Counted from the first letter of the whole stretch, positions 21,832-38,807 are shown. The stretch is 63,330 bases of DNA, filler included, from 17 parts of 17 records of this genome joined end to end with filler, not necessarily neighbours in it; one strand, 5' to 3'. A program made the numbers and translations. The notes: a model not told the origin generated them from the sequence alone.

Positions 21832-21866
21832 GTAACAAGCCGGTGGGTAAAGCACCGGCTTGTTAC
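21832..21866 (-). terminator. Hairpin after digH
   Basis: 14-bp perfect stem GTAACAAGCCGGTG / CACCGGCTTGTTAC. Confidence 0.7.
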
Positions 21867-21883
21867 AAAGTAAGAATGGGAGT

Positions 21884-23203
21884 TTAACTGCCCCAGCGAC
21901 TTTGCAGATAGCTGACCGCTTGTTGAGTCTGCGGTTTATTCAGATAGTCCTCACGGAACAAGATGGTGCCGCTAATTTCGGGCACAGCATCGTTAAGATC
22001 GAGCTGCTTTTTCAGTTCCGGTACGCCGCCGTTAATCATCCAGTCTGGCTCTATCTTTGAAGGTTCACCCACTTTATAGAAGGCGATACCGATATACAGG
22101 CGGGTCCTGGTCGGTTTAACGACATCCGCCCACCATTTTGCCAACACGTCATAACGCGCGGCACTCCGTGAGAACGGCCAGTAAATTTGGGGAGCAATGT
22201 AATCCAGCAATCCTTGTTCCACCCATCGACGGGTGTCAGCGTAGGATTCGTCATAGGCTGCCGCGCCTCGGGTATCGGAACCGAGCGGATCGTGTGATCG
22301 GTTACGCCACACGCCTGCCGGGCTAACACCAAATTCGACTCCCGGCTTAATGCTTTTAATGGTGTGCGATACCTTTGCAATTAACTGCTGAGTATTGTTG
22401 CGCCGCCAGTCTGCTTTTGACGCAAATGCGCCTCCGTATTTACGGTACGTTTCGTTATCATTTAGCCGTGAACCCGGTGACTCCGTATAGAAATAGTCGT
22501 CAAACTGCACGCCATCTACGGGATAGCGGGAAACCACTTCTGCGACTATTGATGTGATCCAGTCCTGAACCTCAGGGATGCCCGGGTCGAGGACAAAGCG
22601 ATCGCCAGACGTTCTGATCCAGTCGCGGTGTTGCACATAGACGCTCGCCGGTTGTTGAGACAGAGTGCTATTCAGTTCCCTGATAGTACCGGGCTTCGTA
22701 TTAACCGATACGCGATAGGGGTTAAACCAGGCGTGTACTTTCATCCCACGCTTGTGGGCTTCGTCGAGCATAAATTGCAGCGGATCGTAACCCGGATTTT
22801 CACCAATCTTACCGGTCATAAGATCGGACCACGGCAAAATTTTCGATGGCCACAGGGCGGTACCGTCCGGCTTGACCTGGAAAAAGACCGTGTTTATGCC
22901 GAGACGTTGCAGATGATCCAGTTTGTCGATCATCGCCTGTTGTTGTACACGGGCCCGGCTGGTGGGGTTACTAATGTTAACCGAGGAAACCGGTGGCCAG
23001 TCGAGCCGAGAAACCGTGGCCAGCCAGATGCCACGCATCGGTTGTGACGATTGTTGCGTCGTGGCTGGTGGCTTTGAACCTGCTGGTGGTGTCACCATGG
23101 ACTCTGGAGGCGTGCTTTTACAACTACACAGTAAAAGTGCCAGTGCAACTAGTATCGCTGGTCTTCTAATCGTTAATTTCTTGTTTCGGGAGCAGATATC
23201 CAT
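21884..23203 (-). CDS. digH: Divisome glycosyl hydrolase lipoprotein DigH (YddW)
   Basis: Lipobox LLCSC; GHL10 motifs RGIWLATV, HAWFNPYR, QFDDYFY. Confidence 0.92.
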   Translation of the reverse strand: MDICSRNKKLTIRRPAILVALALLLCSCKSTPPESMVTPPAGSKPPATTQQSSQPMRGIWLATVSRLDWPPVSSVNISNPTSRARVQQQAMIDKLDHLQRLGINTVFFQVKPDGTALWPSKILPWSDLMTGKIGENPGYDPLQFMLDEAHKRGMKVHAWFNPYRVSVNTKPGTIRELNSTLSQQPASVYVQHRDWIRTSGDRFVLDPGIPEVQDWITSIVAEVVSRYPVDGVQFDDYFYTESPGSRLNDNETYRKYGGAFASKADWRRNNTQQLIAKVSHTIKSIKPGVEFGVSPAGVWRNRSHDPLGSDTRGAAAYDESYADTRRWVEQGLLDYIAPQIYWPFSRSAARYDVLAKWWADVVKPTRTRLYIGIAFYKVGEPSKIEPDWMINGGVPELKKQLDLNDAVPEISGTILFREDYLNKPQTQQAVSYLQSRWGS

Positions 23204-23280
23204 ATGTGCTGGTTTCCGGTAAACAGATGTGCGCTCATTCTCGTACTTATCCCCGTTAAGTCAATACGACAGCAAGCACG

Positions 23281-23310
23281 AAAAAGGGAGCGATGAATTA
23301 TCGCTCCCTT
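23281..23310 (-). terminator. Intrinsic terminator of gadBC
   Basis: AAAAAGGGAGCGAT-gaatt-ATCGCTCCCTT; U-tract on the minus strand. Confidence 0.8.
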
Positions 23311-23333
23311 GTCTTATAACCATTCAGACATGG

Positions 23334-24568
23334 TTAGTGTTTCTTGTCATTCATCACAATATAGTGTGGTGAACGTGCACGCGGGTGCAGGAAGAAGTGA
23401 CCTTTTGGTGCGTTCTGACTGTTGATTGGCTCCAGAGTGACGCCGGTATTTGCTTTGCCTTTACGATCATGAACAGCATAGAGAATAAAGGGCAGGGCAA
23501 GTACCACCAGGAAACTAACAACCAGTAATTCAACATACATATCGGTAGAATCACCCTGGATGTTATCCGGCGGCAGGAAGGAAACAATAAACGCCATAAT
23601 TGAAGTCAGCAGACCGACAATTGCCACGACCAGTTTCACCCCTTTACCACCAGGGATATTAAATGTGCGTTTTAAGTCAGGATGTTTAAGAACCAACACA
23701 ATGTAGCCAATAAACAGCATGAAATAAGCACACAGATAAATCACCACCGTCAGCGCCAGTGCGATCAGGAAGGACATGTTGTTACCGCCACCGGTATTGG
23801 TGAGGATGATCAACGCGATAGACGTAATCACCAGCTGCGAAATGACCAGCGTTACCGGTACGCCATTTTTGTTCATTTTAGCGAATGCCGCTGGCAGCAG
23901 GTTTTTCTGCGCTGTTACATACATCCCGCGAGAAGGACCAACAATCCAGGAGGCGATTTCCGCCAGAACACCCAGCAACAGCAGTGCGGAGATCACGCGA
24001 ACCGTCCACTCAATTTCTGGTGCCACATGGGACATCAGAACGGTAAAGGTTTGCATTACCCCTGCGGAGAGGTTGATTTCATTACCCGGAATGACCATCG
24101 CAATAGACAAACCACCAACAGAGCTTAAGCAGATTGCCGCCACCATCAGCAGTAACATAGCCAACGGATAGTCGCGCCCTGGGTTGCTCATTTCATTGAC
24201 GTGGGTTGCGGATGCTTCTACGCCCATATAACTCAAAATGAAGGCAACAAATACTACCAGGGTGCCCACTTTAGAGAAGTCAGGGAAGAAGGTCTTCGAA
24301 TCCATTTCGATAGCAACGGGGGCACCGGAGTGCAGATAAATAGCCGCTAATGCGATCAAAATAAATGCAGGTAACAGGATACCGGCGAAGAAGCCAACTT
24401 TAGCAATTCGCGCCGTGTATTTCGTGCCACCAAACTGCGTTAATGCCAGCGCCCAAAGAATGATGAGTGCTGCAATAGTTTTGGTAATGGGGTCTTCATT
24501 CAGCGCTGGCCATTTCAGGATGTAGGAGAGTGCCCCTAACACGAAATAGAGCATCGGAATAAAACCAA
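23334..24568 (-). CDS. gadC: Glutamate/GABA antiporter GadC, 3' part; the ORF-track N-terminus MYAIRSYY is linker-derived
   Basis: APC motif SYMGVEASA; ends VMNDKKH. Confidence 0.95.
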
Positions 24569-24593
24569 CGTAATAACTTCGTATAGCATACAT
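24569..24593 (+). other. Partial loxP-containing 454 Titanium paired-end linker (CGTAATAACTTCGTATAGCATACAT)
   Basis: 13-bp loxP arm ATAACTTCGTATA plus spacer GCATACAT, preceded by CGTA; sits at the contig end and breaks gadC. Confidence 0.9.
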
Positions 24594-24693
24594 NNNNNNN
24601 NNNNNNNNNNNNNNNNNNNNNNNNNNNNNNNNNNNNNTTAATTAATTAANNNNNNNNNNNNNNNNNNNNNNNNNNNNNNNNNNNNNNNNNNNN

Positions 24694-24724
24694 CGAGTCG
24701 CTGGAAAAAACCTAAAATATTCAT
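24694..24724 (-). CDS. nagE: PTS GlcNAc transporter NagE, first codons (MNILGFFQRL)
   Basis: GGGGGA RBS; divergent from nagB. Confidence 0.85.
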
Positions 24725-24847
24725 CTTATTCCCCCTACGAGAACCCTATTTGGCTCGTTTCAAGCCGTATTTTTATTTTGCTGCAAATTGTACTGCCGAT
24801 GTTCTGTAATCAGATTGTTAGATCATCTGCTACAGAGTGTGTGAAAA

Positions 24848-24870
24848 TTTAATTCGTATCGCAAATTAAA
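24848..24870. promoter_or_regulatory. NagC operator, nagE-proximal
   Basis: TTTAATTcgtatcgcaAATTAAA, 23-bp quasi-palindrome. Confidence 0.75.
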
Positions 24871-24881
24871 CGCGTGTCTTT

Positions 24882-24897
24882 TGTGAGTTTTGTCACC
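24882..24897. promoter_or_regulatory. CRP site between the two NagC operators
   Basis: TGTGA-N6-TCACC. Confidence 0.75.
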
Positions 24898-24941
24898 AAA
24901 TATCGTTATTATCACTCCCTTTTACTGGCTAAACCAGAAAA

Positions 24942-24964
24942 CTTATTTTATCATTCAAAAAATC
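24942..24964. promoter_or_regulatory. NagC operator, nagB-proximal
   Basis: CTTATTTTatcattcAAAAAATC; 94 bp from the first operator, about 9 helical turns, consistent with the known repression loop. Confidence 0.7.
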
Positions 24965-25056
24965 AGGTCGGATTGACGCCTGTCTGCGCAAATCCAGGTT
25001 ACGCTTAAAGATGCCTAATCCGCCAACGGCTTACATTTTACTTATTGAGGTGAATA

Positions 25057-27065
<2,009 letters not shown>

Positions 27066-27073
27066 GAGAAAGT

Positions 27074-28294
27074 ATGACACCAGGCGGACAAGCTCAGATA
27101 GGTAATGTTGATCTCGTAAAACAGCTTAACAGCGCGGCGGTTTATCGCCTGATTGACCAGTACGGGCCAATCTCGCGGATTCAGATTGCCGAGCAAAGCC
27201 AGCTTGCCCCCGCCAGCGTAACCAAAATTACGCGTCAGCTTATCGAACGCGGGCTGATCAAAGAAGTTGATCAGCAGGCCTCCACCGGGGGCCGCCGCGC
27301 TATCTCCATCGTCACCGAAACCCGCAATTTCCACGCAATCGGCGTACGGCTTGGTCGTCATGACGCCACCATCACTCTGTTTGATCTCAGCAGCAAAGTG
27401 CTGGCAGAAGAACATTACCCGCTGCCGGAACGTACCCAGCAAACGCTGGAACATGCCCTGTTGAATGCCATTGCTCAGTTTATTGATAGCTACCAGCGCA
27501 AACTGCGCGAGCTGATCGCGATTTCGGTGATCCTGCCAGGGCTTGTTGACCCGGACAGCGGCAAAATTCATTACATGCCGCATATTCAGGTAGAAAACTG
27601 GGGGCTGGTAGAAGCTCTGGAAGAACGTTTTAAAGTGACCTGTTTCGTTGGTCACGATATCCGTAGTCTGGCGCTGGCGGAGCACTACTTCGGTGCAAGT
27701 CAGGATTGCGAAGACTCCATTCTGGTGCGTGTCCATCGCGGAACCGGGGCCGGGATTATCTCTAACGGGCGCATTTTTATTGGCCGCAACGGCAACGTCG
27801 GTGAAATTGGCCATATTCAGGTCGAACCGCTGGGTGAACGCTGCCACTGCGGCAACTTTGGCTGCCTGGAAACTATCGCTGCCAACGCTGCCATTGAACA
27901 ACGGGTGTTGAATCTGTTAAAGCAGGGCTACCAGAGCCGCGTGCCGCTGGACGACTGCACCATCAAAACTATCTGCAAAGCCGCGAACAAAGGCGATAGT
28001 CTGGCGTCGGAAGTAATTGAGTATGTCGGTCGTCATCTGGGTAAAACCATCGCCATTGCTATCAACTTATTTAATCCGCAAAAAATTGTTATTGCCGGTG
28101 AAATCACCGAAGCCGATAAAGTGCTGCTCCCTGCTATTGAAAGCTGCATTAATACCCAGGCGCTGAAGGCGTTTCGCACTAATCTGCCGGTGGTACGTTC
28201 TGAGCTGGATCACCGCTCGGCAATCGGCGCTTTTGCGCTGGTAAAACGCGCCATGCTCAACGGTATTTTGCTCCAGCATTTGCTGGAAAATTAA
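27074..28294 (+). CDS. nagC: ROK-family repressor NagC
   Basis: N-terminal HTH; GEIGH and CHCGNFGCLE; 406 aa. Confidence 0.97.
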   Translation: MTPGGQAQIGNVDLVKQLNSAAVYRLIDQYGPISRIQIAEQSQLAPASVTKITRQLIERGLIKEVDQQASTGGRRAISIVTETRNFHAIGVRLGRHDATITLFDLSSKVLAEEHYPLPERTQQTLEHALLNAIAQFIDSYQRKLRELIAISVILPGLVDPDSGKIHYMPHIQVENWGLVEALEERFKVTCFVGHDIRSLALAEHYFGASQDCEDSILVRVHRGTGAGIISNGRIFIGRNGNVGEIGHIQVEPLGERCHCGNFGCLETIAANAAIEQRVLNLLKQGYQSRVPLDDCTIKTICKAANKGDSLASEVIEYVGRHLGKTIAIAINLFNPQKIVIAGEITEADKVLLPAIESCINTQALKAFRTNLPVVRSELDHRSAIGAFALVKRAMLNGILLQHLLEN

Positions 28295-28341
28295 TGTGCT
28301 TTTATAGTGGCGCTTATTGTTGTCAATATTCTGGGTAGTCC

Positions 28342-29094
28342 ATGACCATTAAAAATGTAATTTGCGATATCGACGGCGTGCTGATGCACGATAACGTCGC
28401 CGTACCGGGTGCAGCGGAATTTTTGCACGGGATTATGGATAAAGGCCTGCCGCTGGTGTTGCTGACCAACTATCCTTCGCAGACTGGGCAAGATCTGGCG
28501 AACCGCTTTGCCACCGCAGGTGTCGATGTACCTGACAGCGTGTTTTATACCTCTGCGATGGCGACTGCCGATTTCCTGCGTCGCCAGGAAGGCAAGAAAG
28601 CGTATGTGGTGGGCGAAGGCGCACTGATTCATGAACTGTACAAAGCCGGTTTCACTATTACCGATGTGAACCCTGATTTCGTGATTGTTGGCGAAACGCG
28701 TTCCTACAACTGGGACATGATGCATAAAGCAGCCTATTTCGTCGCTAACGGTGCACGTTTTATCGCCACCAATCCGGACACCCACGGGCGCGGTTTTTAT
28801 CCCGCTTGTGGCGCGTTGTGTGCAGGGATTGAGAAAATCTCCGGGCGCAAACCGTTCTATGTTGGTAAGCCCAGCCCGTGGATCATCCGCGCAGCATTAA
28901 ACAAAATGCAGGCGCATTCGGAAGAAACGGTGATTGTCGGCGATAACCTGCGTACCGATATTCTGGCCGGCTTCCAGGCAGGTCTGGAGACGATTCTGGT
29001 GCTTTCTGGTGTTTCGTCGCTCGACGATATCGACAGTATGCCTTTCCGCCCCAGCTGGATTTACCCGTCAGTCGCTGAAATCGACGTTATCTGA
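28342..29094 (+). CDS. nagD: HAD ribonucleotide monophosphatase NagD (UmpH)
   Basis: DIDGVL, GKP, GDNLRTDI; 250 aa. Confidence 0.96.
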   Translation: MTIKNVICDIDGVLMHDNVAVPGAAEFLHGIMDKGLPLVLLTNYPSQTGQDLANRFATAGVDVPDSVFYTSAMATADFLRRQEGKKAYVVGEGALIHELYKAGFTITDVNPDFVIVGETRSYNWDMMHKAAYFVANGARFIATNPDTHGRGFYPACGALCAGIEKISGRKPFYVGKPSPWIIRAALNKMQAHSEETVIVGDNLRTDILAGFQAGLETILVLSGVSSLDDIDSMPFRPSWIYPSVAEIDVI

Positions 29095-29098
29095 ATAG

Positions 29099-29122
29099 CA
29101 ACCACGTCTGCGGACGTGGTTG
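29099..29122. terminator. Hairpin after nagD
   Basis: CAACCACGTC-tgcg-GACGTGGTTG. Confidence 0.6.
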
Positions 29123-29144
29123 GCTCTGATGACAAACGCCAAAC

Positions 29145-29170
29145 TGCCTGATGCGCTACGCTTATCAGGC
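29145..29170. repeat. REP element at the contig end
   Basis: TGCCTGATGCGCTACGCTTATCAGGC. Confidence 0.9.
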
Positions 29171-29270
29171 NNNNNNNNNNNNNNNNNNNNNNNNNNNNNN
29201 NNNNNNNNNNNNNNTTAATTAATTAANNNNNNNNNNNNNNNNNNNNNNNNNNNNNNNNNNNNNNNNNNNN

Positions 29271-29500
29271 GGAATACAGGCAATACCGCGCTCCCCCGCC
29301 GCCCAGTCACCCGCCGGTAAATTGTGCAGCGTATGTTCGAGTTTATTACTCGCCAGCACATGTTTTAATTCTTCAATGTCGTAGTCATAAGGAAACATAA
29401 ATTCAACGCCGCGAAAACCACACTGCGCAGCTTTCTCAAAACGGGCGAGAAAATCATATTCTCCAAATAACATCGATAAATTAGCAGAGAAACGTAACAT
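29271..29500 (-). CDS. hyi: Hydroxypyruvate isomerase, 5' part
   Basis: MLRFSANLSMLF...; directly downstream of gcl. Confidence 0.92.
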
Positions 29501-29512
29501 TATTTATCTCCC

Positions 29513-31295
29513 TTATTCATAGTGCATGAAGCAGGTTTCAGTCGGTGCGTCCGCTGCGTTATCGGCGATATCTTCAAATTCCATGACGTTATCCAGTTCG
29601 CTGCCCATCGAAATATTGGTCACACGCTCGAGAATAACTTCCACGACTACCGGTACCCGATATTGCGCCATTAAGGCTTTCGCCTGTTCAAAGGCTGGCG
29701 CAATATCTTCCGGTTTGAAGACCCGAATAGCTTTACAACCTAAACCTTCCGCTACTTTTACGTGGTCAACACCGTAGCCATTCACTTCACTGGAGTTGAT
29801 ATTCTCGAAAGCGAGTTGCACGCAGTAGTCCATGTCAAAAGCGCGTTGTGACTGACGAATCAGCCCCAGATAAGCGTTGTTGACCAGCACATGGATGTAC
29901 GGAATGTTGAACTGCGCGCCAACAGCTAACTCTTCAATCAGGAACTGGAAGTCAAAGTCGCCAGAAATCGCCACCACATTGCGTTTCGGATCAGCGGCAC
30001 AAACCCCTAGCGCAGCCGGAATCGTCCAGCCTAACGGACCAGCCTGACCACAGTTGATCCAGTGGCGGTCTTTAAAGACATGCAGCATTTGTGCCGCAGC
30101 GATTTGTGACAGACCAATGGTGGTGACATAACAAACATCGCGACCAAAGGCTTTGTTCATCTCTTCATACACGCGCTGCGGTTTCACCGGCACGTTGTCG
30201 AAGTGGGTTTTGCGCAGCAAAGTGCGTTTACGCTGCTGGCAGTCGGCGACCCATTCTTTACGACACGGCAGACGACCCGCTTTTTGCATCTCCTGCGCCA
30301 CTTCAACCAGCAGTGTCAGCGCCGCTTTAGCATCAGAGACAATACCGAGATCCGGACACAGCACGCGACCAATTTGCGTCGGCTCAATATCAATATGAAC
30401 GATTTTGCGCCCTTCGGTGTATTTCTCTACCGAGCCGGTATGACGGTTAGCAAAACGGTTACCGATACCAAACACCATGTCAGACGCCAGCAGCGTTGCG
30501 TTACCGTAACGATGCGCGGTTTGCAGACCCACCATCCCGGCCATCAGTTCATGATCGTCCGGGATACAGCCCCAGCCCATTAGCGTTGGGATCACCGGAA
30601 CGCTGGTCAGTTCAGCAAACTGTTGTAACAGTGCAGCTGCGTCAGCATTAACTTACCCCGCCCCCGGCAACAATCACCGGACGTTCGGCCTGGATTAACA
30701 TTTCTACAGCTTTTTCGATCTGCATACGGCTGGCAGCAGGTTTGTAGACCGGCAGCGGTTCGTACATGTCAGGATCAAACTCGATTTCCGCAACCTGAAC
30801 GTCGAACGGTAAATCCACCAGTACCGGACCCGGACGACCAGAACGCATCAGGTGAAATGCCTGTTGCAGCACGCGAGGCACCAGCGCCGCTTCACGAACT
30901 GTAACCGCCATTTTGCTGACCGGTTTAGCAATTGCTTCAATATCTACGGCCTGAAAATCTTCTTTATGCAGACGGGCGCGCGGTGCCTGGCCGGTAATGC
31001 ACAGAATAGGAATGGAATCAGCAGAAGCGGAATAGAGCGCGGTGATCATGTCCGTGCCCGCAGGACCGGAAGTCCCCAGACATACGCCGATATTCCCTGC
31101 CGTTGCGCGGGTATAACCTTCCGCCATGTGCGAAGCACCTTCCACATGACGCGCCAGAATGTGACGAATACCGCCGTGCTTACGCATCGCTGAGTAGAAC
31201 GGATTGATTGCAGCTCCCGGAACACCGAAGGCGGTAGTGATACCTTCTTTCTCCAGCACATACATTGCCGCGTCAACGGCTCTCATTTTTGCCAT
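29513..31295 (-). CDS. gcl: Glyoxylate carboligase; apparent +1 frameshift at 30652
   Basis: Starts [10 protein letters not shown]; ThDP motif GDFDFQF...NNAY; two ORF halves join on removing one base. Confidence 0.94.
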
Positions 31296-31315
31296 TTTAT
31301 TCCTACCTCTATTTA

Positions 31316-31332
31316 TTGGAAAATTTTTCCAA
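31316..31332. promoter_or_regulatory. AllR operator at the gcl promoter
   Basis: TTGGAAAATTTTTCCAA palindrome, nearly identical to the one at 32867. Confidence 0.75.
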
Positions 31333-31347
31333 CTTTCAAATTTTGTC

Positions 31348-31372
31348 AAAAAAACCCGCTCCGCAGAGCGGG
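31348..31372 (-). terminator. Intrinsic terminator after allR
   Basis: CCCGCTC-cgca-GAGCGGG stem with an A7 run, i.e. a U-tract on the minus strand. Confidence 0.75.
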
Positions 31373-31384
31373 ATGCGACAGACA

Positions 31385-32200
31385 TTATGGATGTGCTTTC
31401 AGTCCCAACGCCGTGCTGATATCGCGGGCGGTGTCTCTGACCAGCTCACCCTGACTGACAAAACGATCTTCTGTCAGTCTTGATGAAGGCCCGGAGATGG
31501 AGATAGCGGCAACAACACTACCGACATCATCGTAAATTGCTGAAGCTATGCAATTCAGACCTACAACATGCTCTTCTTTATCTACGGTATAGCCCAGTTC
31601 ACGCGCTTGTTCCAGGTCCTTCAGCAAGGTGGGCATATCCACAAGCGTAGTTGGCGTAAACTGCTGCAAACCGGTTTGCAGAATGATGCTCATCAACTCC
31701 TCTTCCGCCAGCGGATAAAGCAGCGCTTTGCCCGCACCGGAAGCATGCAGTGGCAGACGACTGCCCAGTGGCGCACACATCCTGACCATCGATTTACACT
31801 CTAACTGACCAATTAATACCGCTTCATTGCCGTTACGGATCGCGACATTGACCGTTTCGCCGGAAAGTAACATCAGGCGGCGCATAAACGGCCCGGCGAC
31901 GGAGAGGACATCGCGGTTATGGATGTACGCCGCACCGACGTTAAAGACACCTAATCCTATATGCCACCAGCCTAATTGACTGTCCTGATAGACAAAATCC
32001 GCTGCCTGTAAAACCTTCAGCAAGCGAAAGGTCGTGGAGAGCGGCAAATCCAGATTGAGAGAAATATCGCTAACCGACGAACTTCCCCCACTTTTTTCCA
32101 AATATTGCAGAATCGCAATTCCCCGCTCTAACGCCTGTGCGCCCTTCTGTGCCACAGGCTCCGCCTGTCCTGGCCTGCCGCGCCGTCTAACTTCCGTCAT
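31385..32200 (-). CDS. allR: IclR-family repressor AllR
   Basis: 271 aa; IclR HTH and [16 protein letters not shown]. Confidence 0.95.
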
Positions 32201-32277
32201 ACCTACGTTAACTCCGACCTACAAGTGAGCATAAACAATGAACAATTAGTTTATCTTATGCAAGTCGGTTGCAGGCG

Positions 32278-32761
32278 TCACGCAAAACAGAGTTCCTGTT
32301 CAGGAATACTTTCAACATCACAGTTGTCACTGCCGCCGCGATCGATGGTCAGAAAATCGGTGACGCGCTGCCAGGCGAAAAGTGGGTGATGCCAGACGTT
32401 ACGATGGTAATTCACTCCCTGTTCGCCGTTGGTGATAAACGCCCGCAGCGTTGACAGGTCTGGTTTGTCGTCACCTAACGCCACGACCACCACAAACACC
32501 TCACCTTTCATCGGGATAAAGGCCTGAGTACCCAGCGGATGACGTTCGAGTTCGTGAATGGTCAGCGGCAGATTCGCCGGTTGCGCGCGGTTAATGCTGA
32601 TAAGCGTACAGTCTTGCTCAAGAATCTCAACCAGCGCCAAATCGTGGTAACGCTCCACCAGGCCATTGTTAATATGGAAAAAACTCCCGTTGCTGCGTTT
32701 CGATTACGTCGCCATAAGCACTAAAGGCTTCCTGACTTAACGGTAATACCTGAAGTTTCAT
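32278..32761 (-). CDS. allA: Ureidoglycolate lyase AllA; apparent +1 frameshift at 32684
   Basis: Starts [31 protein letters not shown] and [12 protein letters not shown] downstream in a shifted frame. Confidence 0.93.
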
Positions 32762-32866
32762 CTTTTTGTCCTTGTAACATAATTCCGTTCAACCACCGCC
32801 GACCGGTCAGCTTGGTTTCAATAACAGGCAATCTAAAACCTTAAGAGAACAACATCAATACAAAAG

Positions 32867-32883
32867 TTGGAATATTTTTCCAA
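32867..32883. promoter_or_regulatory. AllR operator between allA and allS
   Basis: TTGGAATATTTTTCCAA palindrome. Confidence 0.75.
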
Positions 32884-32990
32884 AACTAGATTTAGTCCAC
32901 AAATTGAACAGGGTTATCATGTAAAAATACTGATAAATCAGAGGATAAGAAAATCACGCAACTTGCGGATTTAAAAGGGGATACCTGAAG

Positions 32991-33308
32991 ATGTTCGATC
33001 CAGAAACCTTGCGGACTTTCATTGCGGTTGCTGAAACAGGAAGTTTTTCAAAAGCGGCAGAACGATTATGTAAAACCACGGCGACGATCAGTTATCGCAT
33101 TAAACTTCTGGAAGAGAATACCGGAGTAGCGCTGTTTTTCCGTACGACTCGCAGCGTGACGTTGACAGCGGCTGGCGAGCATCTACTTTCCCAGGCCAGA
33201 GACTGGCTGAGCTGGCTGGAAAGTATGCCAAGCGAGCTGCAACAGGTGAATGATGGCGTGGAACGCCAGGTGAATATTGTCATCAACAACCTGCTCTACA
33301 ACCCCCAG
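32991..33308 (+). CDS. allS: LysR-family activator AllS, 5' part
   Basis: LysR HTH ([10 protein letters not shown]...[10 protein letters not shown]); divergent from allA. Confidence 0.92.
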
Positions 33309-33408
33309 NNNNNNNNNNNNNNNNNNNNNNNNNNNNNNNNNNNNNNNNNNNNTTAATTAATTAANNNNNNNNNNNNNNNNNNNNNNNNNNNNNNNNNNNN
33401 NNNNNNNN

Positions 33409-33706
<298 letters not shown>

Positions 33707-33714
33707 TGCAGAGA

Positions 33715-33745
33715 TGTAAGCCGGATCTGGCGCGTTATCCGGCTA
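33715..33745. repeat. REP-like palindrome between rtcA and malT
   Basis: TGTAAGCCGGAT...TTATCCGGCTA. Confidence 0.7.
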
Positions 33746-33748
33746 AAC

Positions 33749-36461
<2,713 letters not shown>

Positions 36462-36601
36462 TCACTTCACTGTGGAAAATGAGGAAATATTATTTTTTTT
36501 GNNNNNNNNNNNNNNNNNNNNNNNNNNNNNNNNNNNNNNNNNNNNTTAATTAATTAANNNNNNNNNNNNNNNNNNNNNNNNNNNNNNNNNNNNNNNNNNN
36601 N

Positions 36602-37660
36602 GCCGCGGTGAAGGCGGTATTCTGGTCAACAAAAATGGCTACCGTTATCTGCAAGATTACGGCATGGGCCCGGAAACTCCGCTGGGCGAGCCGAAAAACA
36701 AATATATGGAACTGGGTCCACGCGACAAAGTCTCTCAGGCCTTCTGGCACGAATGGCGTAAAGGCAACACCATCTCCACGCCGCGTGGCGATGTGGTTTA
36801 TCTCGACTTGCGTCACCTCGGCGAGAAAAAACTGCATGAACGTCTGCCGTTCATCTGCGAACTGGCGAAAGCGTACGTTGGCGTCGATCCGGTTAAAGAA
36901 CCGATTCCGGTACGTCCGACCGCACACTACACCATGGGCGGTATCGAAACCGATCAGAACTGTGAAACCCGCATTAAAGGTCTGTTCGCCGTGGGTGAAT
37001 GTTCCTCTGTTGGTCTGCACGGTGCAAACCGTCTGGGTTCTAACTCCCTGGCGGAACTGGTGGTCTTCGGCCGTCTGGCCGGTGAACAAGCGACAGAGCG
37101 TGCAGCAACTGCCGGTAATGGCAACGAAGCGGCAATTGAAGCGCAGGCAGCTGGCGTTGAACAACGTCTGAAAGATCTGGTTAACCAGGATGGCGGCGAA
37201 AACTGGGCGAAGATCCGCGACGAAATGGGCCTGGCTATGGAAGAAGGCTGCGGTATCTACCGTACGCCGGAACTGATGCAGAAAACCATCGACAAGCTGG
37301 CAGAGCTGCAGGAACGCTTCAAGCGCGTGCGCATCACCGACACTTCCAGCGTGTTCAACACCGACCTGCTCTACACCATTGAACTGGGCCACGGTCTGAA
37401 CGTTGCTGAATGTATGGCGCACTCCGCAATGGCACGTAAAGAGTCCCGCGGCGCGCACCAGCGTCTGGACGAAGGTTGCACCGAGCGTGACGACGTCAAC
37501 TTCCTCAAACACACCCTCGCCTTCCGCGATGCTGATGGCACGACTCGCCTGGAGTACAGCGACGTGAAGATTACTACGCTGCCGCCAGCTAAACGCGTTT
37601 ACGGTGGCGAAGCGGATGCAGCCGATAAGGCGGAAGCAGCCAATAAGAAGGAGAAGGCGA

Positions 37661-37668
<8 letters not shown>
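36602..37668 (+). CDS. frdA: Fumarate reductase flavoprotein, 3' part
   Basis: [23 protein letters not shown]; ends KEKANG. Confidence 0.96.
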
Positions 37669-38707
<1,039 letters not shown>

Positions 38708-38807
38708 NNNNNNNNNNNNNNNNNNNNNNNNNNNNNNNNNNNNNNNNNNNNTTAATTAATTAANNNNNNNNNNNNNNNNNNNNNNNNNNNNNNNNNNNNN
38801 NNNNNNN

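Noticed and set aside
23064..23089. Two Chi sites (GCTGGTGG) 18 nt apart in digH
   Set aside because: Explained by two Pro-Pro-Ala codon runs on the coding strand; Chi is common in E. coli.
36550..37512. Long antisense ORFs (opposite frdA; also 18894-19856 opposite mrcA, 27059-27901 opposite nagC, 9439-10056 opposite pck)
   Set aside because: They are shadows of codon-biased genes with no recognisable motifs; the frdA one is ended only by the spacer.
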